NCBI GenBank assembly: GCA_020060845.1 | Contig: JAGUZK010000045.1 | Span: forward strand, 8,685-72,684 | DNA from: Candidatus Woesebacteria bacterium | Lineage (GTDB): Bacteria; Patescibacteriota; Microgenomatia; UBA8517 | Reading direction: 5' to 3' | DNA: 64,000 bases | In this document: in pieces, positions 1-10,383 of the stretch | How the letters are laid out: every line of letters begins with the position of its first letter | Position numbering within the stretch: the first letter of the stretch is position 1 | Position numbers and translations under genes: made by a program | Notes under the pieces: generated by a model | What the model saw: only the letters and a program-made list of their open reading frames with translations | Databases searched by the model: none | What the model was told of the DNA's origin: nothing

Positions 1-58
1 CAAAGGATCTATCTTAGCAGCTTAACCAAGCTAAAAGAGACGCTCAAGAAGGATAAAA

Positions 59-1372
59 TCATCTCTTAGTCTCTGCACCAAAAAATCTAATTCTGTCGCC
101 TTTGAAATAAAGGTTAATCTGCCTTAGCGGGCCGTTCCTGTGCTTTGCAATATCAAGGTGATAGCTTTGTGTGTCATCATCTGACTCCCTCCAAAGAAAC
201 ATGACAACATCCGCATCTTGTTCAATTGAACCTGATTCGCGAAGGTCCGCCAACTGAGGCTTCTTTTCGCCCCTTTGCTCAACTGCGCGTGAAAGCTGTG
301 ATAGGGCAAGGACAGGAACCTTCAACTCACGGGCAAGGTTCTTAAGCCCTTGCGATATTTCAGAGACCTCCTGTACCCGATTCTCCAAAAGCCGAGATTT
401 AGCAAGCTGAAGATAATCTACGACTATAAGATCAACTCCAGATTCCACCTGAAGCCTGCGAGCTTTAGTCCTCATCTCAAGGATGGATAAACCGGGGGTG
501 TCATCTATATAAATAGGAGCCTCCGCCAGCTCCCCCATGGCGTTACTAAGCTTGGTAAAATCCTCCTCTGAAAGCTTGCCTGTCTTTAGCCTCCACGCGT
601 CGATATCTGCCTGCGCCACCAAAAGTCTGTCAACGAGCTCCTCACGGCTCATCTCCAAAGAAAAAAAACCTACCGGACGCTTATACTTCAAAGCAACATT
701 TTGAGTGATGTTTAGTGCAAGTGATGTTTTACCAACCCCCGGTCTAGCAGCAAGAATTATAAGATTTGATCTTTGCATGCCTGCCAGGGCATCGTCTAAA
801 TCAGAAAAACCCGTAGGAATACCACGAATTCCTTCTGCCTGCTTGTGAAGCTCATCTAACCTATCAAACGAGTCTGCAAGTGCCTCCCTCACAGGCACAA
901 AGGCTCTTGCAACATTTTTTTGAGTAAGTGAAAATATCTCAGACTCAGCCCTATCCAATAACTCATCGGACGCAATCCCCTCGTCCATAGACATATCCAC
1001 CAATGTCGCTGCCACCCTCATAAGAGAACGCTTCGTAGAAGCATCCTTTACTATCTTTCCGTAATGCTCAACATGAGCCGCTGTGGGAACCTTATTTGCA
1101 AGGTCTGCTAGATATGCAACTCCGCCAACCTCTTTCAATGCCTTTTTCTTTTTTAGTTTTTCCGATATTGTCAATATATCCAAAGGGATTCTCTCATCAT
1201 AAAGCAAAAGTGCTGCTTCATAGATTAACTTGTGCCTTTCGTCGTAGAAATCCTCCGGCTTTAGAAATTCTGCGATAGCAATTATTGCATCTTTATCAAT
1301 TAGAAGTGCACCAAGGACTGATTCTTCAGCCTCTCTAGAATGTGGAGGAATTCTAAGGTTTTGATTAGCCAT
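59..1372 (-). CDS. dnaB: replicative DNA helicase DnaB
   Basis: 437 aa. Has the DnaB N-terminal domain, a Walker A (ARPGVGKTSLALN), and RecA-like C-terminal motifs, and ends ...HRNGP like DnaB. Confidence 0.9.
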   Translation of the reverse strand: MANQNLRIPPHSREAEESVLGALLIDKDAIIAIAEFLKPEDFYDERHKLIYEAALLLYDERIPLDILTISEKLKKKKALKEVGGVAYLADLANKVPTAAHVEHYGKIVKDASTKRSLMRVAATLVDMSMDEGIASDELLDRAESEIFSLTQKNVARAFVPVREALADSFDRLDELHKQAEGIRGIPTGFSDLDDALAGMQRSNLIILAARPGVGKTSLALNITQNVALKYKRPVGFFSLEMSREELVDRLLVAQADIDAWRLKTGKLSEEDFTKLSNAMGELAEAPIYIDDTPGLSILEMRTKARRLQVESGVDLIVVDYLQLAKSRLLENRVQEVSEISQGLKNLARELKVPVLALSQLSRAVEQRGEKKPQLADLRESGSIEQDADVVMFLWRESDDDTQSYHLDIAKHRNGPLRQINLYFKGDRIRFFGAETKR

Positions 1373-1470
1373 TGTTATTTTAAGGCAGTTTTAGCACTAC
1401 AAGACAATTCTGTAAAGATGAGGATTGGCGAATCTAATTTTTGCTTTATACCCCAAAAGCATCACTAACT

Positions 1471-2136
1471 CTAACGCACCTCCAAAATGACAGCCTTTTG
1501 CTCCTCAGCTATCTCAGGCTTCTTGACCGAATACTTTTGTAATCTTTCAGCAGGAACCGCCAACAACTTAACAAATTCATCAACCCCACTTAATTTTCCG
1601 AACACTTCTTGATTTAGAACTGGCGTGTTGTAGTGCATCGGTATGACCACATGCGGCTCTACACTTTGCACTACTTCAACAGCGACTCGTGGGTCTATGG
1701 TATAAAACCCACCAACAGGAATAAACAATATATCAATATCTCCTATCTCCTCCACCAGCTTATCATCCAACTTATGCCCCAAATCCCCCAAGTGCACAAG
1801 CCTTAGCTCATCCATCTCATAAACATAAACCGTATTTTTCCCTCTTTCTTCTCCCTTCTCATCATCATGAAATGTTGGATATCCAAGAACAGTTACTCCT
1901 TTCACTTCGTACTCACCTGGTCCTTTAATTATGTAAGGCGAGCCATCCACTAAATCTGCTCGATTGTGATCAGAATGGTCATGAGATATCGTTACCAGAT
2001 CAGCAGATACTCCCAGATACTTGATTCCAACTTGGTCTGGATCAAAAGGATCAGTCACAACAACACACGACTTCCCTTTTAACCTAAAACTGGCATGTCC
2101 TAAATAACTAATCTCCATTAATCCCAATATTAGCAA
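1471..2136 (-). CDS. metal-dependent hydrolase, MBL (beta-lactamase) fold, UPF0173-like
   Basis: 221 aa. HDHSDH metal-binding motif; overall similarity to the small MBL-fold hydrolases. Confidence 0.65.
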   Translation of the reverse strand: MLILGLMEISYLGHASFRLKGKSCVVVTDPFDPDQVGIKYLGVSADLVTISHDHSDHNRADLVDGSPYIIKGPGEYEVKGVTVLGYPTFHDDEKGEERGKNTVYVYEMDELRLVHLGDLGHKLDDKLVEEIGDIDILFIPVGGFYTIDPRVAVEVVQSVEPHVVIPMHYNTPVLNQEVFGKLSGVDEFVKLLAVPAERLQKYSVKKPEIAEEQKAVILEVR

Positions 2137-2231
2137 ATGAGTACAATCTAAACAATAGCCTACAATAAAGTAACTTGAAATAATCGTAAGTTGCGTATAT
2201 ATTACGTAGGAGGTTTATACAAGTAATCCAA

Positions 2232-2672
2232 ATGAGAAAAGAATTACTCATAGTGGTAACTATTGGAATTTTCTGCGGTGTCGTAATTGGGTTTGGTATA
2301 TGGAGAGCAAACAAAGCAATATCCCAAGATCAGGTTAGTGTCGAATCCCAAGTCAGCATATCCCCCACAGAGGCCAAGACAACTCCGTCAGTCCCTGCCA
2401 ATAACAAGATACCACCAGGAATCACCATCTCTACCCCCCAAGAATATGATGTTGTTGCCGAGCCAAAAGTAAAAATAATTGGACTCTCTGCTCCAAATAC
2501 AAACATTGCCATATCATCAGAAACAAATGACTATCTTGTTAAATCCACCCAATCGGGCGAATTTGAGGCAGAAGTTGAACTTATAGAAGGAATTAACCAA
2601 ATAATATTCAAGGAACTTGATTCGTCAGAAAACGAATACACTCTTAAAATTATTTACTCAAAAGATATTTAG
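2232..2672 (+). CDS. hypothetical N-terminally membrane-anchored protein
   Basis: 146 aa. N-terminal TM helix followed by Ser/Thr/Pro-rich and beta-rich sequence; no recognisable domain. Confidence 0.4.
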   Translation: MRKELLIVVTIGIFCGVVIGFGIWRANKAISQDQVSVESQVSISPTEAKTTPSVPANNKIPPGITISTPQEYDVVAEPKVKIIGLSAPNTNIAISSETNDYLVKSTQSGEFEAEVELIEGINQIIFKELDSSENEYTLKIIYSKDI

Positions 2673-2681
2673 CTTGACAAA

Positions 2682-3290
2682 ATGAAAAAAAGCAAATTAA
2701 TTATCCTTACAGTCCTTTGGATGGTTCTAGCAACCAAAAGCATATTTGCAGCCACCGCAACCACATCACCCACTCCGACATCTTCAACAATTGAGGCACA
2801 AGTAAAAAGACGAATTGATGATATCAAAAACTCCCCAAAAGCGTTTGTTGGAACAGTGACAGACAAGACCCAAAACACTCTTCAGATAAGGACCGAAAAA
2901 GAGGAGATTAAAATGGTGTCCGCAGATCCCGCAACAACTATTGTCAAAAAGGACCAAGACAAAAGCACGTCTTCAAAGTATGATGACGTAGCAATTGGAG
3001 ACTTCATAATTGCAATTGGATTTAGAAACGGAAATGACGTCTTAAACGCAAAGAAAATAATAATCACCGCAAACCCAACTGCTCCAAAAAGGAAAATAAT
3101 CAAAGCAAAGATTGCCTCAAACCTAAAAAACCAAATCAAGATTAGTGCTGCAGATAAAATTATTAATCTCAAGTTTCCAAAAAGATGGCAGGGACCTGAG
3201 AAAAAAGAGCTTCTTGAAGGAGACTTGGTGGTAGTATTTGGCGAATTCGAAGATAATAACATAAATCTTCGGTCTATTTTCAAGATATAA
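2682..3290 (+). CDS. hypothetical secreted protein (signal peptide)
   Basis: 202 aa. Lys-rich N-terminus with a hydrophobic signal-like segment and a TSPTPTSST linker. Confidence 0.4.
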   Translation: MKKSKLIILTVLWMVLATKSIFAATATTSPTPTSSTIEAQVKRRIDDIKNSPKAFVGTVTDKTQNTLQIRTEKEEIKMVSADPATTIVKKDQDKSTSSKYDDVAIGDFIIAIGFRNGNDVLNAKKIIITANPTAPKRKIIKAKIASNLKNQIKISAADKIINLKFPKRWQGPEKKELLEGDLVVVFGEFEDNNINLRSIFKI

Positions 3291-3333
3291 GACTTGGTTG
3301 ATATTACCAAGACCGAGTGAAATAATAACTTAT

Positions 3334-4584
3334 ATGAATCAAGTAATCTTGCAGCCATTAAAAGGATTCAGGGACTTCTTGCCTGACGAAGCAAGAAAAA
3401 GAAAATTGGTTATATCAAAAGTCTCCCAAATCTTTGAGCTATTCGGCTTTGAGCCTCTTGAAACCCCAGCTCTCGAATACCAGGAGCTTCTCCTGGGAAA
3501 ATATGGGCAGGAGGCAGAAAAACTTGTCTATAAATTCAAGGATAACGGCGGACGAGATGTAGCGCTTCGCTATGACCAAACAGTACCTACCGCCCGAATA
3601 CTAGCCATGTATCATCAAAAGCTTGCAATGCCATGGAGAAGATATCAAATCCAGCCCGTTTGGAGAGCTGACAAACCACAAAAAGGAAGATACAGAGAAA
3701 TTACACACTGTGACGCCGATATCTTTGGATCTAAATCAGCAATTTCCGATGCCGAGTGCATTGCCCTAGCTGACCAAATTTTCGCCCAATTAGGATTTGG
3801 CGAATATAAAATTTATCTTAATGATAGAAACATACTTTTTGATATCATTAATTTTGTAAGCATCCCTCAAGAACTTCAGTTTTCTGTCATCGCATCAATT
3901 GATAAGCTTGACAGGAAAACTAAGGAAGAAGTGGCCGATGAGCTTCGCCAAAAAGGAATAAACGAGCTTACAATTAAACATCTTTTCGACCATCTTGATA
4001 ACGCAACACCCACACAATCACTGCTTGCTGTCATGAAGCATTGTCAAGAGTTAGGAGTACCTAAAGACAAAATAATTTTTGAGGCAAGACTGGCGCGTGG
4101 TCTTGATTACTATACCAGTACTATCTTTGAAGTAAAAATTGACAATTATCTAGGAGGCTCTGTGCTTGGGGGAGGTAGATACGACCATCTAATCAAAAAA
4201 TTATGCGATGTAGATATTCCTGCTGTGGGTTTTGCCCTGGGGCTTGATCGGACAATTGATGCTATGAACCAGTTTGGACTATTTCCCCCGGATAAATCTG
4301 CAACGAAAGTACTAGTTAGTGTCTTTTCTAGAGACCTCATTGACGAATCAGCCATTGTTGTCGCAAATCTTCGTGAAAATAACATCAATGCTGAAATCTA
4401 TCCATCAGAAGATACCAGACTTGACAAACAGCTTAAATACGCAGACAAAAAGGGCATAAGATTTCTGGTGGTTATAGGCCCTGAAGAGGTGAAAAAAAAC
4501 AAGGTAATATTGAAAGATCTTCAGACAGGAAAACAAGAAGACACTCGTCTTATGGATCTTCCCAGCAAGATAAAATCTCTTTAG
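3334..4584 (+). CDS. hisS: histidine--tRNA ligase
   Basis: Class II HisRS motifs (LKGFRDFLP..., RYDQTVP) plus a C-terminal anticodon-binding domain. The ORF-track start at 3298 uses TTG; the in-frame ATG at 3334 (MNQVILQPLKG...) is the likelier start. Confidence 0.85.
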   Translation: MNQVILQPLKGFRDFLPDEARKRKLVISKVSQIFELFGFEPLETPALEYQELLLGKYGQEAEKLVYKFKDNGGRDVALRYDQTVPTARILAMYHQKLAMPWRRYQIQPVWRADKPQKGRYREITHCDADIFGSKSAISDAECIALADQIFAQLGFGEYKIYLNDRNILFDIINFVSIPQELQFSVIASIDKLDRKTKEEVADELRQKGINELTIKHLFDHLDNATPTQSLLAVMKHCQELGVPKDKIIFEARLARGLDYYTSTIFEVKIDNYLGGSVLGGGRYDHLIKKLCDVDIPAVGFALGLDRTIDAMNQFGLFPPDKSATKVLVSVFSRDLIDESAIVVANLRENNINAEIYPSEDTRLDKQLKYADKKGIRFLVVIGPEEVKKNKVILKDLQTGKQEDTRLMDLPSKIKSL

Positions 4585-4622
4585 CGACTTCACTCATAAA
4601 TATAATCTGTGTAAACTAATAT

Positions 4623-5546
4623 TTGATGAGTAAGTATCGCCTGCGTGCTTACTGGTATCTTTTAATATCTACTCTTATATGGGGATTGGCTTCTGTGGTA
4701 ATCAAGGCAACTTTAACAGAAATTGCCCCCTTACCGTTTCTGACATACAGGTTCCTTCTTTCCTCACTAATCGCAGTCTTTTTTGCCGGAAGAATTATAA
4801 CTCTTATCAAAAAACACGCTGAGGACTCTCTAGAGATAATCCTTCATTCCCTTTTCTCCTCAACAATCTCACTTGGCCTTTTATTTTGGGGGTTGGAAAG
4901 GTCAACAGTCTTAGATTTGGCGGTAATAACTCTGGTTGCACCCTTGCTCACTGAACTTGCTGGTGTTATCTTTCTTGGCGAGCACTTTACTAAACGGGAA
5001 AAAATAGGAACGCTAGTTGCTATAGTGGGCACAGTTTTTACGATATTTGAGCCACTAATAAATGATGGCAACGGCTGGGGAAGTTTCCTTGGAAACGCCT
5101 TAATTTTTTTATACCTTATTTTCGACATCGCAAGCGTGATAATCCTAAAAAGGCTACTTAGGAAGGATATCGACATCACCGCATTGACAAATCTCTCCTT
5201 TGTAATTGCCTTTCTAGCTTTCCTGCCATTCTTTATTCTTTTTGCAAACATAGACACTGTAACCGGGCTCATAAATCTGCCACTCAAATACCATCTGGGA
5301 GTTATGTATATGGCGTTTTTTTCCGGGACTGTTGCCTACTTTTTTCGCAATAAAGGACAAAAAACTATTGAGGTTGGCGAAGCAGGACTTTTTAGCTATC
5401 TTACCCAAGTCGTCTCGGCCCTACTTGCAGTCATCTTTTTGAAAGAAAAAGTCACTATCGGATTTTTGATCGGAGCAATCATCGTTACTGCAGGAGTTGT
5501 ATACGCCGAGATTAAACCGCGCGTTGCCTCCAGAAAACTAAGCTGA
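4623..5546 (+). CDS. EamA/DMT-family membrane transporter
   Basis: 307 aa and polytopic (about 10 TM helices), with the duplicated EamA-like architecture. Confidence 0.65.
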   Translation: MMSKYRLRAYWYLLISTLIWGLASVVIKATLTEIAPLPFLTYRFLLSSLIAVFFAGRIITLIKKHAEDSLEIILHSLFSSTISLGLLFWGLERSTVLDLAVITLVAPLLTELAGVIFLGEHFTKREKIGTLVAIVGTVFTIFEPLINDGNGWGSFLGNALIFLYLIFDIASVIILKRLLRKDIDITALTNLSFVIAFLAFLPFFILFANIDTVTGLINLPLKYHLGVMYMAFFSGTVAYFFRNKGQKTIEVGEAGLFSYLTQVVSALLAVIFLKEKVTIGFLIGAIIVTAGVVYAEIKPRVASRKLS

Positions 5547-5589
5547 TATAATACTCTTACCATCAATATCAATTCGATATTTTTAGATT

Positions 5590-5913
5590 ATGAAAGCACA
5601 AATCCATCCCAAATGGTTTGAAGAAACCAAAGTCACATGCGCCTGCGGCAATGTGTTTTATTTTGGATCTACCCTACCTGAGATTCAAGTTGAAGTCTGT
5701 TATAAATGCCATCCTTTCTACACTGGGCAAATGAAATATGTTGATACCGCGGGCCGAGTAGATGCATTTCTTGCTAAGAAGACAAAGGCAAAGACAAAAG
5801 TTATATCCAAAGCCCAAAAAAGGGCGCTTAAAAAACAAAAAAAGATCCAAAAGGAGCTGGAAAGACCAGAAACTTTGGAGGAGCTTCGTAGGTCCTCTCA
5901 GAAAAGAAAGTAA
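5590..5913 (+). CDS. rpmE: 50S ribosomal protein L31 with Lys-rich C-terminal extension
   Basis: MKAQIHPKWFEETKVTCACGN...CYKCHPFYTG is canonical L31. It carries an unusual ~37-aa basic tail. Confidence 0.85.
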   Translation: MKAQIHPKWFEETKVTCACGNVFYFGSTLPEIQVEVCYKCHPFYTGQMKYVDTAGRVDAFLAKKTKAKTKVISKAQKRALKKQKKIQKELERPETLEELRRSSQKRK

Positions 5914-5967
5914 AAGCATCTTGCTTTTTGTAACTGCACCAAATAAGACATACAATGTCTATATAAA

Positions 5968-6699
5968 ATGAACACTTTCCAATACCAAAATCACAGCCCT
6001 TCCCAATCCCAACAAAAAGCCTACATTGAGATTCGCGGTGCCACTGGCGGAGATGAAGCCAAGCTGTGGGGACTTGATCTCTTGCGCATGTATACAAGAT
6101 TTGCAAGCAAAAAAGGCTGGAGGGTAGATCGCGTGGATGACCTTACGCTACTTATTAGCGGAAACGGCGTATTTGACCTTTTGAAAAATGAAACCGGTGT
6201 CCATAGAGTACAAAGGATACCAATAACTGAGAAAAAGGGGCGAATTCACACTTCAACTGCAACTGTGGTCGTTCTCCCAGAGATAAAAGAAAATGAAATC
6301 CAGATCAGACCAGAAGAATTAGAAATCCAATTTTTCCGCTCAGGCGGACATGGAGGTCAAAATGTCAATAAGGTCTCAACGGCTGTAAGGCTCATCCATA
6401 AGCCAACTGGGATAGTAGTCACCGCTTCTCAAGAACGATTCCAAGAACAAAATAGAGCTATTGCTCTTTCGCTCTTAAGGTCACGCCTGTGGGAAAAGGA
6501 GGAACAGAAAAAAGAGCAGACAATCGCTGGTTACAGGTCAAGTATCGGAAGAGGTATGAGAGCTGAAAAGATCAGGACATATAACTATCCCCAAAACAGA
6601 GTAACAGATCATCGAATAAGCAAAAGCTGGAGTAATCTTGAAGATATAATTGATGGCGACCTGGAAAAAGTATTGCAATCCACAAAAGAGATTTCTTAA
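5968..6699 (+). CDS. prfA: peptide chain release factor 1 homologue, N-terminally truncated (domains 2-4 only)
   Basis: 243 aa. Has the GGQ motif ([12 protein letters not shown]) and an RF1-type PxT motif (RIPITE), and aligns to E. coli RF1 from about residue 105. It sits 55 bp downstream of rpmE, the canonical position. Confidence 0.8.
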   Translation: MNTFQYQNHSPSQSQQKAYIEIRGATGGDEAKLWGLDLLRMYTRFASKKGWRVDRVDDLTLLISGNGVFDLLKNETGVHRVQRIPITEKKGRIHTSTATVVVLPEIKENEIQIRPEELEIQFFRSGGHGGQNVNKVSTAVRLIHKPTGIVVTASQERFQEQNRAIALSLLRSRLWEKEEQKKEQTIAGYRSSIGRGMRAEKIRTYNYPQNRVTDHRISKSWSNLEDIIDGDLEKVLQSTKEIS

Positions 6700-6707
6700 A
6701 TATCCAA

Positions 6708-7892
6708 CTATTCTTCCATCTCGGACAAAGTTGCCTTTAGTTTGATAGTTTCCCCATTTCGCCAAATCTCCAATTCAACCTCCTGACCAGGCTTTTTCTT
6801 ACTAATTATCTCTACCAACCCATTTCCTTCTTCCTTGATCTCCTCTCCATCTATCTTTACAATAATATCTTCCTCCTGGATCCCAGCTTTTTCAGCCGGA
6901 GAGCCACTTACAATATTTAATACAAGTGCTCCCTGAGGAACTTCGTTCAATATTGCTGCTTGTTTAGAAATCATCTGATACTCCACTCCAAGAAATGGCC
7001 TAGATGCAAAACTCCCAGTTTGACTAAATGTCTTCAAAGCATCCTTTAATACGTTCACGGGAAGGGCAAACCCTATATTTTGTGCACCTGAAGCAACAGC
7101 GACATTAACTCCAATAACCTGACCAGCTGAATTAAGAAGCGGTCCACCTGAATTCCCAGGATTTATTGCTGCATCTGTTTGTATTACATCATCAAGTCTC
7201 TCAACATAACCTTCAAAAGGATTACCAGCTTCAATACCTCGACCTAATCCTGATATCACACCAGTTGTCACTGTGTGGCGAAATTCACCCAAAGCAGTAC
7301 CTATCGCGATTACAAATTGACCAACCTTAAGGCTATCTGAATCTCCAAGCTCAACAGGTTTTAAGCCGGAAGCATCAATCTTCAATACAGCTAAGTCATT
7401 AGATGGATCTCTACTTATATTCTTCACCTCATATTCCTTACCATCTTTGGTAATGACCTTATAAGATGAATTAGTATCCGCTACAACATGCTTATTGGTA
7501 ACAATTAAGCCATCGCTTGATACGACAAAACCCGTCCCTATATCTTGGGGCTTTCCTCCCTCGATTCTTGACCTAAAACCGCTGAAGGGATCAAACTCAA
7601 GAATCCTTCGCCTTGGAGTCTGTATCGATACAGTAACTACTGAAGGACTTACTCGTTCAGCAACCTCAATCACCACCGATTCTTCATTGACCACTCGAGA
7701 ACTATCTGTAGGAACTACTCTTAAAGATTTTTCAGATACCCTTTTAACAAAATAATCAAGCGGTTTAATAACAAATAGCCTATCAGCAATGGCCCCTCCC
7801 ACTGCCGAAGTGAGTATCAAAAGGCTGACAAAAAAACCAACTATAAACCCTTTTATCCTGTTAACTCGAATTATTGCCTTTGACTCATCCAT
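6708..7892 (-). CDS. htrA: HtrA/DegP-family serine protease with PDZ domain
   Basis: N-terminal TM helix, trypsin-like core (GNSGGPLLN) and a C-terminal PDZ domain. Confidence 0.85.
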   Translation of the reverse strand: MDESKAIIRVNRIKGFIVGFFVSLLILTSAVGGAIADRLFVIKPLDYFVKRVSEKSLRVVPTDSSRVVNEESVVIEVAERVSPSVVTVSIQTPRRRILEFDPFSGFRSRIEGGKPQDIGTGFVVSSDGLIVTNKHVVADTNSSYKVITKDGKEYEVKNISRDPSNDLAVLKIDASGLKPVELGDSDSLKVGQFVIAIGTALGEFRHTVTTGVISGLGRGIEAGNPFEGYVERLDDVIQTDAAINPGNSGGPLLNSAGQVIGVNVAVASGAQNIGFALPVNVLKDALKTFSQTGSFASRPFLGVEYQMISKQAAILNEVPQGALVLNIVSGSPAEKAGIQEEDIIVKIDGEEIKEEGNGLVEIISKKKPGQEVELEIWRNGETIKLKATLSEMEE

Positions 7893-7943
7893 AAATGCCT
7901 CCTATTGTAAAAATTTATATCTTAAAAAAAGCTTAAAAACAAG

Positions 7944-9209
7944 TCAAAGCATTTTTACCTGTTCTATGGCCTTAATCAACTGCTCGTCATCAGAGGTATT
8001 CTCGTCATCCCTGACAAGCACATCGGGCTCAAGCCCTTTTCCATCAACCCAATAACCCGACGGAGTAAGCCATCTTGCAATTGTAATATGAAGCGCAGAT
8101 CCACCATTTACTTGCTGGGGTTCTTGTATCGTTCCTTTTCCAAAACTTGTCTCACCAATCAGCTTAACCTTCTTGTTGTCCCTTAGTGCTCCGGCAAAAA
8201 TTTCTGACGCGGACGCTGACCCCTTGTTTATTAGTACAACAGTTTTATAATTGCGAAGCCGTCCTATCTTTGTAACCTTGGATTCTTCCTTGGTTCCTCT
8301 TGAATCCTCCTCAATGACTACCACATCCCCAGTCTCAAGAAAATCACTTGCAAGATCAACTGCCCCTTGCAAATACCCACCGGGGTTATTACGAACATCA
8401 ACAACAATCATTTTTGTTTCCTTCTCCAACAATACCCCCTCAACAGCCTTATTCCACTCTTCCAGTGTCTCACCTCCGAACTTCATTACCTTTATGTAAG
8501 CTAGTGATTTGTCATCTCCTCCCTTATCCAATGGTAAGAAAGAAAGCCTCACACTGGGGACCTCAATAGTCCTTCGTGTTACTTCTACCTCTATAGGGTC
8601 AGTCACTCCCTCTCGCAATAAAGTAAGCTTAATTCTTGTTCCAGCAGTGCCTCTTATTATGCCCACCGCATCGGGAATAGACATCCCAAATGTCCCAGTA
8701 TCAACATTCTTTGCTTCATCCTTTATGGCAACAATTAGATCCCCCGCCTTAATACCTGCCTCCTCAGCTGGTGATCCTGGAAGTGGAGCAATAACAGCCA
8801 GTTGCGATCCTATATAACCTATTTGAATCCCTATACCATCAAAGTTGCCCTTGAGATCCTCCTGCACTAGTTTATTATCATCCGGCGGCAAAAAAGCTGT
8901 GTATGGATCGCCAATTGCAGAAACCATCCCTTGGATTGCTCCATAGACCATCTTCCCCTCCACAATTCTTTTTTTATCGTAGTAACGCGACTCCAAAATA
9001 TCCCAAACTTTCCAAAAAAGATCAAAGTTCACATATTCCTTAGAAGGAGGCTTTGACCGTGTAATTATTGCCTTAGGGAAGGATTGCATCTGGGCCGTAT
9101 AGCCTTTAACACCTAACCAATAACCACTCAGAAATACCAAAGAGAAGACAAACGAGAAGATGATAACTGACCTCACAAAGTTTAAAGATCCCGTCCTCAG
9201 AAATTTCAT
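7944..9209 (-). CDS. ctpA: carboxyl-terminal processing protease (S41 family)
   Basis: PDZ domain plus the S41 catalytic region (VVLINKGSASASEIFAGAL...GKGTIQ), with an N-terminal TM anchor. Confidence 0.8.
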   Translation of the reverse strand: MKFLRTGSLNFVRSVIIFSFVFSLVFLSGYWLGVKGYTAQMQSFPKAIITRSKPPSKEYVNFDLFWKVWDILESRYYDKKRIVEGKMVYGAIQGMVSAIGDPYTAFLPPDDNKLVQEDLKGNFDGIGIQIGYIGSQLAVIAPLPGSPAEEAGIKAGDLIVAIKDEAKNVDTGTFGMSIPDAVGIIRGTAGTRIKLTLLREGVTDPIEVEVTRRTIEVPSVRLSFLPLDKGGDDKSLAYIKVMKFGGETLEEWNKAVEGVLLEKETKMIVVDVRNNPGGYLQGAVDLASDFLETGDVVVIEEDSRGTKEESKVTKIGRLRNYKTVVLINKGSASASEIFAGALRDNKKVKLIGETSFGKGTIQEPQQVNGGSALHITIARWLTPSGYWVDGKGLEPDVLVRDDENTSDDEQLIKAIEQVKML

Positions 9210-9271
9210 AGTTTCTAAAACAACACAAACATTGTACTACATTTTACAAAAAAAATAGCCCCCGAATAGGA

Positions 9272-9511
9272 TTAGACTGAGGCAACAAAAGGGAGAAAAC
9301 CTAAATGTCTAGCTCTCTTTATCGCAATAGTCAATTTCCTCTGGTGCTTAGAACAAAGACCAGATCTTGATCTTCCTATTATTTTGGCCCTCTCGCTTAA
9401 ATATTTTCTAAGCTCATCTGGATTCTTGTAAGACGGTTCAAATCCTTGTTTGCAAAAAGGACAGTTAACCGCAACCCTCTCAACTATTAAAACTCTTTTT
9501 TTACTTTTCAT
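9272..9511 (-). CDS. rpsR: 30S ribosomal protein S18
   Basis: 79 aa with conserved S18 motifs (CPFC, RKYLSERAKI, GLCSKHQRKLTIAIKRARHLG). Confidence 0.85.
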   Translation of the reverse strand: MKSKKRVLIVERVAVNCPFCKQGFEPSYKNPDELRKYLSERAKIIGRSRSGLCSKHQRKLTIAIKRARHLGFLPFVASV

Positions 9512-9547
9512 ACGCTCCCGGTAAAAACAAAAATCACAACACTAACA

Positions 9548-10039
9548 TTAAAAAGGAATATCTTCCTCTTCCGAAGGATTATCATTTTGACTGCTTCCTT
9601 TCTTTGCACCAGCATCTGCTTTCGAGGTCTTTGCCTCTACTTCTTCAATATCTGACGGAATATCCTCGATTGGAACTTCATCGACACTTACTTCCTCAGG
9701 AGCTCCTTTCGAATCTAGAATTATCATGTCAGAGATTACAACCTCGACAGAAGATCTTTCAGAACCGTCCTGTGCCTGCCATTTACGAGTCTGCAGTCTC
9801 CCCTCAACATAAACTTTTCTACCTTTTTTGAGAAGTTGAGCACATAATTCAGCAAGCTTGTTCCAAGCCACTATACGATGAAATTCGACTTCCTCCTTTT
9901 TCTCACCCGACTCAGTCACCCATTGTCTATTGGTAGCCAGACCAAAAGTACAAACGGCTGCACCTGCGGGAGTATAGCGAAGCTCTGGATCCCGAGTGAG
10001 ATTGCCTATCAGTGTAACTTTATTTAGACTACGTGCCAT
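9548..10039 (-). CDS. ssb: single-stranded DNA-binding protein
   Basis: OB-fold N-terminus (VTLIGNLTRDPELRYTPAGAAV), an acidic tail and C-terminal DIPF. Confidence 0.9.
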   Translation of the reverse strand: MARSLNKVTLIGNLTRDPELRYTPAGAAVCTFGLATNRQWVTESGEKKEEVEFHRIVAWNKLAELCAQLLKKGRKVYVEGRLQTRKWQAQDGSERSSVEVVISDMIILDSKGAPEEVSVDEVPIEDIPSDIEEVEAKTSKADAGAKKGSSQNDNPSEEEDIPF

Positions 10040-10042
10040 TTT

Positions 10043-10327
10043 CTACCCCTCTTTTACCAACAAGTGTCTAATAATACCTTCCTCAACCCTTATCTTTTCG
10101 TTTAAGATAGTGGCTAACTTTGGTTCTAATTCTAGCTCAAAATATAGATAAGTGCCAGATGTATTTTTCTTAATTGGATTAGCAAACTCCTTAACACCTA
10201 AGTCTTGGCTTACAACAACCTTGCCGCCGTTAACCTCTACTATTTTACTAATCATATCAACAACAGCCTTCTTACTTGAAGGGCTTGCCTTTTCCGGCAG
10301 TACAACTGTTAATTCATATATACCCAT
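10043..10327 (-). CDS. rpsF: 30S ribosomal protein S6
   Basis: 94 aa, starts MGIYELTVVL, and lies in the classic rpsF-ssb-rpsR operon order. Confidence 0.85.
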   Translation of the reverse strand: MGIYELTVVLPEKASPSSKKAVVDMISKIVEVNGGKVVVSQDLGVKEFANPIKKNTSGTYLYFELELEPKLATILNEKIRVEEGIIRHLLVKEG

Positions 10328-10383
10328 AAACTTCTGAAGTATATCACATAAAAAAAATGATTTTAAGAACTAGAAAGGATTTT

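Noticed and set aside
124-309. Short ORFs nested in alternative frames of well-supported genes. Examples: 124..309, 1096..1278, 2287..2512, 4146..4593, 4844..5408, 5674..6106, 7495..8055, 8251..8817, 9604..9831, 11947..12820, 19478..20343, 21262..21627, 53802..54344, 57566..58916.
   Set aside because: They are embedded in or antisense to strong conserved CDSs, have no recognisable motifs, and show low-complexity translation. I treat them as spurious frame artefacts.
5762-5971. Possibility that prfA has an upstream exon or programmed frameshift, as in RF2.
   Set aside because: The protein has the RF1-type PxT motif, not SPF. The overlapping alternative-frame ORF has no RF similarity, and only 55 bp separate it from rpmE.
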